DNA of 64,000 bases from Candidatus Omnitrophota bacterium (GTDB lineage Bacteria > Omnitrophota > Gorgyraeia > Gygaellales > Profunditerraquicolaceae): contig JBAZOC010000001.1 in NCBI GenBank assembly GCA_041648915.1, forward strand, positions 112,960 through 176,959. Direction: 5' to 3'. The position numbers and the translations under genes were made by a program. How positions within the stretch are numbered: the first letter of the stretch is position 1; every line of letters begins with the position of its first letter. The notes under the pieces were generated by a model that was not told where the DNA came from, made no database searches, and saw only the letters and a program-made list of their open reading frames with translations. This document shows positions 59,846 to 64,000 of the stretch, piece after piece.

Positions 59846-61137
59846 GCTTCCTCCATCCTGATGGCTACGGATTTTTCTTTTATTGCCTCCAGCCGGTCAA
59901 TTATGCTTAAAGCCTCGCGCATATTCTTTTCCCGGGCTTCATGTATAAGCATGACTATGGGGACAAGCTGGGTTTTGCTGCGCTCTTTCTGGGTTACCGA
60001 GGCAATACTGATGCCGAATTTAGCCAATACGCCGGATATCCTGGCCAGCACGCCCGGCAGGTCCCGCGCCATAAAGCGGATATAATAGCGGCTTTCAAAA
60101 TCATCAATCTTGCGTATTTTCTTGACGGTCTTATCCGCTACAATTTTCAAAGTAGGCCGGAAGAAGCCGGCTTTAATATCCTGGGTCAAATCTACCAAAT
60201 CCGAAACTACAGCCGAAGCGGCGGATGACTGCCCTGCGCCCGGTCCGTAGAACAACAAGTTTCCCGCCAGGTCGCTGGAAACGTAAATAGCGTTGAATAC
60301 TCCGTCAACGGAAGACAATAGATGGTCCCGGGGGAGAAGCGTGGGGTGTACCCTTATCTCTAAGTCCGCGCCTTCTTTTTTAGCGATAGCCAGTAGCTTT
60401 ATTTCAAAACCCATTTCCTTGGCATAATTCACATCGGCCAGGGAAATATGCGCAATTCCCTCAATGAAGACCTCTTTTAATCCCACAAATCTGCCGAACG
60501 CCAGATAAGTAAGCAAGATTAATTTATGGGCTGAATCCATCCCTTCGATATCCAGGGTCGGGTCTTTTTCCGCGAAGCCCTTTAACCGCGCTGCCTTAAG
60601 GGCTTCCTGGAAACTGCAGTTATTTTTAGACATTGAGGATAAGATATAGTTGGAGGTCCCGTTGACAATGCCTAAAATACCGTTGAACCTGTTGGCGACT
60701 AACCCCTCGCGTAAAGATTTAATAATCGGTATGCCTGCGCCGACAGACGCCTCAAAATAAATACTCTTGCCGCGGTCAGCTGCTTCGGTAAATAATTCCT
60801 GCCCGTGTAGCGCAAGCAGCGCCTTATTGGCGGTAACGACATGCTTTCCTTTTTTTAAGGCCTCAATAATAAACTCCTTGGCCGGGTGTATGCCTCCGAT
60901 CAATTCAATTAAAATATCGATCTGGGGATCGTTAATAAGGGCCTTGGCGTCCCGGGTAAGCATCGCTTTGTCCAGGCGGACATTGCGTTTGGAGACTATA
61001 TCCTGGTCGCAAACTTTTTTGATGCTTATTTCCAGGCCGGTTTTTTCACTGAGTAGCGCTTTTCTCTCGCGGAGGATCTTTATTATCCCCGAGCCGACAT
61101 TACCAAACCCGACTAAACCCGCATTAATTCTTTTCAT
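59842..61137 (-). CDS. hom: homoserine dehydrogenase
   Basis: [11 protein letters not shown] (Rossmann) and a C-terminal ACT domain are present. Confidence 0.85.
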   Translation of the reverse strand: MKRINAGLVGFGNVGSGIIKILRERKALLSEKTGLEISIKKVCDQDIVSKRNVRLDKAMLTRDAKALINDPQIDILIELIGGIHPAKEFIIEALKKGKHVVTANKALLALHGQELFTEAADRGKSIYFEASVGAGIPIIKSLREGLVANRFNGILGIVNGTSNYILSSMSKNNCSFQEALKAARLKGFAEKDPTLDIEGMDSAHKLILLTYLAFGRFVGLKEVFIEGIAHISLADVNYAKEMGFEIKLLAIAKKEGADLEIRVHPTLLPRDHLLSSVDGVFNAIYVSSDLAGNLLFYGPGAGQSSAASAVVSDLVDLTQDIKAGFFRPTLKIVADKTVKKIRKIDDFESRYYIRFMARDLPGVLARISGVLAKFGISIASVTQKERSKTQLVPIVMLIHEAREKNMREALSIIDRLEAIKEKSVAIRMEEA

Positions 61138-61499
61138 TATTCGTCCTTTTCTTTCTTTATGTAGTAGCCTACGGTTTCACCGATAATTCTTTTATGTTTT
61201 TCATCAACCGCCAGAAATTCAATCCGCGTATCGTAAATCATATCTTTCATTATCTCGCGAGACTCAAGGACCTTGCCGATAAGCATAATGGGGTGCGGAT
61301 CAAAAGGAAGCCTGATCTCCAGCGCAAGAGTTACTCCGGGCTCAAAATTTCTGTTGGTCGTCAGAAGCATCCCGCCCATACTGATATTCTTGGTCTGGCT
61401 TATATCCATATTATCGATTTCATTCATTATGCGGTAAGATACGATAAAACGCCCCATAACCCTGGGATGGTTCCTTCTCTCCGGGCCGGAATAGCTCAT
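61137..61499 (-). CDS. stand-alone PilZ-domain protein
   Basis: RRNHPR matches RxxxR and NISMGGM matches (D/N)xSxxG. Confidence 0.6.
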   Translation of the reverse strand: MSYSGPERRNHPRVMGRFIVSYRIMNEIDNMDISQTKNISMGGMLLTTNRNFEPGVTLALEIRLPFDPHPIMLIGKVLESREIMKDMIYDTRIEFLAVDEKHKRIIGETVGYYIKKEKDE

Positions 61500-61897
61500 T
61501 TTTTACCTCCGTCTTTTATCAGGCACCAGACAATATACTCTTGAATCAACTTTTTTTGCTCTTCTTTTAAGTTTAAAAAAACCACTCTTACAAGCGAAAG
61601 GTTAAAATCGTTGGCCTCTCTTTTTATTTTGGATCCTTCGATGGCCAGTACTTTACCGCTGACTTCAAACCATTCAAAAGGCTTAAGGGGGATCTTAATC
61701 AGCATCTGTATAAGGTCTCCTAAAGCAATTTTTCCGCTGGCCAGGAAACTTACGCCTTTTTCACTGATATCCCTTACGGAAGAAACATCCCACTTTCGGG
61801 TTAAGGGGTCCCCGGAATCAACTGAAAATTGAATGATCAGAGGCTTCTGGATACGCTTAACGCTTCTCTTCTCCGGTTTATTCTTTCTATTTTCCAT
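61496..61897 (-). CDS. PilZ-domain protein with a Lys-rich N-terminus
   Basis: KRSVKR and DISEKGVSF are PilZ-like motifs. The start was trimmed to MENRK because the upstream part of the ORF is the tRNA-Pro gene. Confidence 0.5.
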   Translation of the reverse strand: MENRKNKPEKRSVKRIQKPLIIQFSVDSGDPLTRKWDVSSVRDISEKGVSFLASGKIALGDLIQMLIKIPLKPFEWFEVSGKVLAIEGSKIKREANDFNLSLVRVVFLNLKEEQKKLIQEYIVWCLIKDGGKK

Positions 61898-61908
61898 GGT
61901 AATTTTAT

Positions 61909-61983
61909 TCGGGGCGACAGGACTTGAACCTGTGACCTCTTGAACCCCATTCAAGCGCTCTAGCCAAACTGAGCCACGCCCCG
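61909..61983 (-). tRNA. tRNA-Pro (anticodon GGG)
   Basis: The minus-strand read is CGGGGCG TG GCTC AGTTTGGCT AGAGC G CTTGA ATGGGGT TCAAG AGGTC ACAGG TTCAAGT CCTGT CGCCCCG A, a standard cloverleaf. Confidence 0.8.
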
Positions 61984-61994
61984 TATAATCTATT

Positions 61995-62996
61995 TTACTC
62001 TTCTTTTTTCTCCCGGGCCATCAAATCTTTAAATGCCTTAAGCGCGGGCTTATTCTTATAAAGCACATTATAAACTTCTCTGGCAATAGGCATATCTACT
62101 TTATGTTTTAAGCTTAAAGCATAGGCAGATTTTGCCGTGGGCACGCCTTCGGCGACCATTTGCATACGGCTGATAATCTGTTTGAGGCTTTGGCCGCGGC
62201 CGATTTTTTCACCGACTAATCTATTACGGCTATAAGGGCTGATACAGGTAGTTACTAAATCGCCTAAGCCGCTTATGCCGCTAAAAGTCCTGCTTTTGGC
62301 GCCCATAGCTGCGCCTAATCTGGAAATCTCAGCCAGGCCGCGCGCCAGGATTGCGGCTTTAGTATTTGCCCCAAAACCCAAACCGTCAGAAATCCCGCAG
62401 GCAATAGCGATGATATTTTTCAGGCTTCCCCCTAACTCTACGCCGATGACATCCCGGTTAGTATATATTCTGAACCTGGGCGTCATAAAAATATCCTGCA
62501 AAAATTTATTTATTTTCCGGTCAGGCGAAGCAACTACTGCAACCGTAGGCATTCCCTGAGCAACTTCGTGGGCGATAGTCGGTCCGGAAAGCACCGCTAA
62601 TTTTACAGCTCCCAGTTCGCTTTGGATTACCTCGGAGACCCGCTTTAACGTGCCCATCTCTATCCCCTTGGTCACGCTTAAATATACCGCCTTATGCGAA
62701 TAATCCAATTTCTTGGCTTTCTTGAGAACGGAACGCATATATTGCGATGGGACCGCCAAAACTATAAGCCCCTTATCTTGAAGAGCGTCTTTTAGGTCGC
62801 TGGTTAAAGTTATCCCCCCGGGTATTTTAATACCGGGGAGGAATTTTTTGTTTTCTCTTTTTTTATGCATAGAGGCAATATTTTCAGGAAAGGCCCCCCA
62901 GATAGTTACCTGAAAGCCTTTGCGCGCAAGAAGCACGCTTAAGGTCGTACCCCATCCCCCATCGCCTAAAATAGCTATAGCCGGTTTATTTTTCAT
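61995..62996 (-). CDS. gpsA: NAD(P)H-dependent glycerol-3-phosphate dehydrogenase
   Basis: IAILGDGGWGTTL and GpsA family conservation are present. Confidence 0.85.
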   Translation of the reverse strand: MKNKPAIAILGDGGWGTTLSVLLARKGFQVTIWGAFPENIASMHKKRENKKFLPGIKIPGGITLTSDLKDALQDKGLIVLAVPSQYMRSVLKKAKKLDYSHKAVYLSVTKGIEMGTLKRVSEVIQSELGAVKLAVLSGPTIAHEVAQGMPTVAVVASPDRKINKFLQDIFMTPRFRIYTNRDVIGVELGGSLKNIIAIACGISDGLGFGANTKAAILARGLAEISRLGAAMGAKSRTFSGISGLGDLVTTCISPYSRNRLVGEKIGRGQSLKQIISRMQMVAEGVPTAKSAYALSLKHKVDMPIAREVYNVLYKNKPALKAFKDLMAREKKEE

Positions 62997-63369
62997 CTTC
63001 TCCTAGGTACTGTTTAACAAAATTTTGCTCTTCGCGGGTAAGGAATTTTATCCCTACATCATAATTATCATAACCTTTTGCCTCCACCCGGACCACTTTG
63101 CCGATGATGCCGTTTTGATAGATAAAAACCCTCTTTTCCAGTTCTGCGCATACGTTTAATACTCCCCGGTCAAAAGAAAGCCAAAGCACATCTTCAGGGC
63201 TGACTGTTTCCCGGACATTGCACAGAAGCCCCGCGGTACTAATATTAGAAGTGTAGCCGGTAAGTAATTTGCTTAGCGTTTCTTTTTTGCATACCTTATA
63301 AGCCAAAGGTGTAGCGTAATCAAACCTGCTGGATTCCCTGCGTTCTTCGGGCGGGGGTATATTTTCCAT
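62986..63369 (-). CDS. stand-alone PilZ-domain protein
   Basis: RRESSR matches RxxxR and NISTAGL matches (D/N)xSxxG. Confidence 0.55.
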   Translation of the reverse strand: MENIPPPEERRESSRFDYATPLAYKVCKKETLSKLLTGYTSNISTAGLLCNVRETVSPEDVLWLSFDRGVLNVCAELEKRVFIYQNGIIGKVVRVEAKGYDNYDVGIKFLTREEQNFVKQYLGEDEK

Positions 63370-63370
63370 A

Positions 63371-64000
63371 TTATTTTATTGCCAGATTAAGTTTATTGGT
63401 CCTTAGTTTAGCTAAATCCCAGGCATAATCATAAAGATGCAAGCCTTTACTCACGGCGACGATCTCGCCGTCATCTACGCCTATTTCTTCGGCCATATAT
63501 TGCTTAACTAACTGCAAGCCTCCGAGATTGGAAGGAAAGCCTCCCCATAAATCCCAGGAGCGAAAATATAAAATAAAATGCAGCTTACCGTAACGCACCC
63601 TGGTATCAATAAGCCTAAGGCAGGGCGGGTCAATTAATTTTATATCTGAAGGCATACCGATCTCCATTACCGCCTGATTTGTCCCGAACCCTTTCTCTTT
63701 GTAAAGTTTGATTACCTCTTCTATCTGGTTAACCTCAAGCGGCAGTTCCCGGGCCATATCTTTACCGTCTATATTTTGTTTAAGCCTGACCTTGGGATCA
63801 ACCAGCCTTTCGCCATAGGTATAATCTTCGGTTTCGGTCTTAGCTCCGGTAAGCAGGTAGCTTAAATATCCCTGGATGTAATCCATATCCGTAGGCGCCG
63901 GGATAGACATTCCTTCCGGGATGATCGGGATGATCTGGTGCCCGGGTTTTTTTACCCGTACAGCCGCAAAATCAAATTCCAGGCGTTTTTGGCCTTCATA
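63371..64000 (-). CDS. thymidylate synthase (ThyA)-family protein, short/divergent form; N-terminus beyond the window
   Basis: PPCLRL...GKLHFILYFRSWDLWGGFPSNLGGLQLV aligns with the ThyA active-site region (PC...[23 protein letters not shown]). The frame remains open to nt 64000. Confidence 0.5.
   Translation of the reverse strand, partial: YEGQKRLEFDFAAVRVKKPGHQIIPIIPEGMSIPAPTDMDYIQGYLSYLLTGAKTETEDYTYGERLVDPKVRLKQNIDGKDMARELPLEVNQIEEVIKLYKEKGFGTNQAVMEIGMPSDIKLIDPPCLRLIDTRVRYGKLHFILYFRSWDLWGGFPSNLGGLQLVKQYMAEEIGVDDGEIVAVSKGLHLYDYAWDLAKLRTNKLNLAIK

Noticed and set aside
61898-61954. The N-terminal 19 codons of ORF 61496-61954
   Set aside because: This stretch is simply the tRNA-Pro gene read in frame. 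The PilZ protein start was moved to the internal Met at 61897.

Overview
This 64-kb window reads as chromosomal DNA from an anaerobic bacterium with a compact, tightly packed gene set. Markers of anaerobiosis are GH57, CimA, NfnAB-like, PflX-like and PPDK genes; there are no phage, plasmid or transposase genes. About 62 protein genes are called. Coding is on the + strand from 1 to 9.9 kb and almost entirely on the - strand afterwards. Recognisable housekeeping genes are aroB, lexA, dinB, apt, a compact sigma-70, ppdK, glyQS, panB, panE, recO, ybeY, a pgpH-like gene, phoH, aspS, hisS, hup, dnaE, guaA, a guaB-like gene, groESL with a CIRCE operator, coaX, uvrB, nadC, valS, cimA, lysC, thrC, hom, gpsA, tRNA-Arg(CCU) and tRNA-Pro(GGG).

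Five things stand out:
1. A ParA/MinD-type ATPase carries a C-terminal CBM48/AMPK-beta-like glycogen-binding domain. It sits between a GH57 alpha-glucan enzyme and a lysine-rich small partner protein, which suggests an undescribed ParA-based glycogen-granule positioning system.
2. A c-di-GMP-themed operon runs Zn-ribbon, PilZ, DUF4416-like, PflX-like radical SAM, CstA, YajQ, HD-GYP. Three further stand-alone PilZ genes lie elsewhere.
3. A GIY-YIG nuclease gene is wedged into a tRNA-Arg locus that carries duplicated and degenerate tRNA fragments.
4. A lexA, orf102, dinB SOS cassette has a perfect palindromic operator inside its promoter.
5. An iPGM-like gene sits inside the lysC/thrC/hom cluster, the position usually held by homoserine kinase.

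No CRISPR array was seen. Apart from the groESL terminator, CIRCE operator and promoter, all promoter and terminator calls are low-confidence and based only on motifs and hairpins read by eye.
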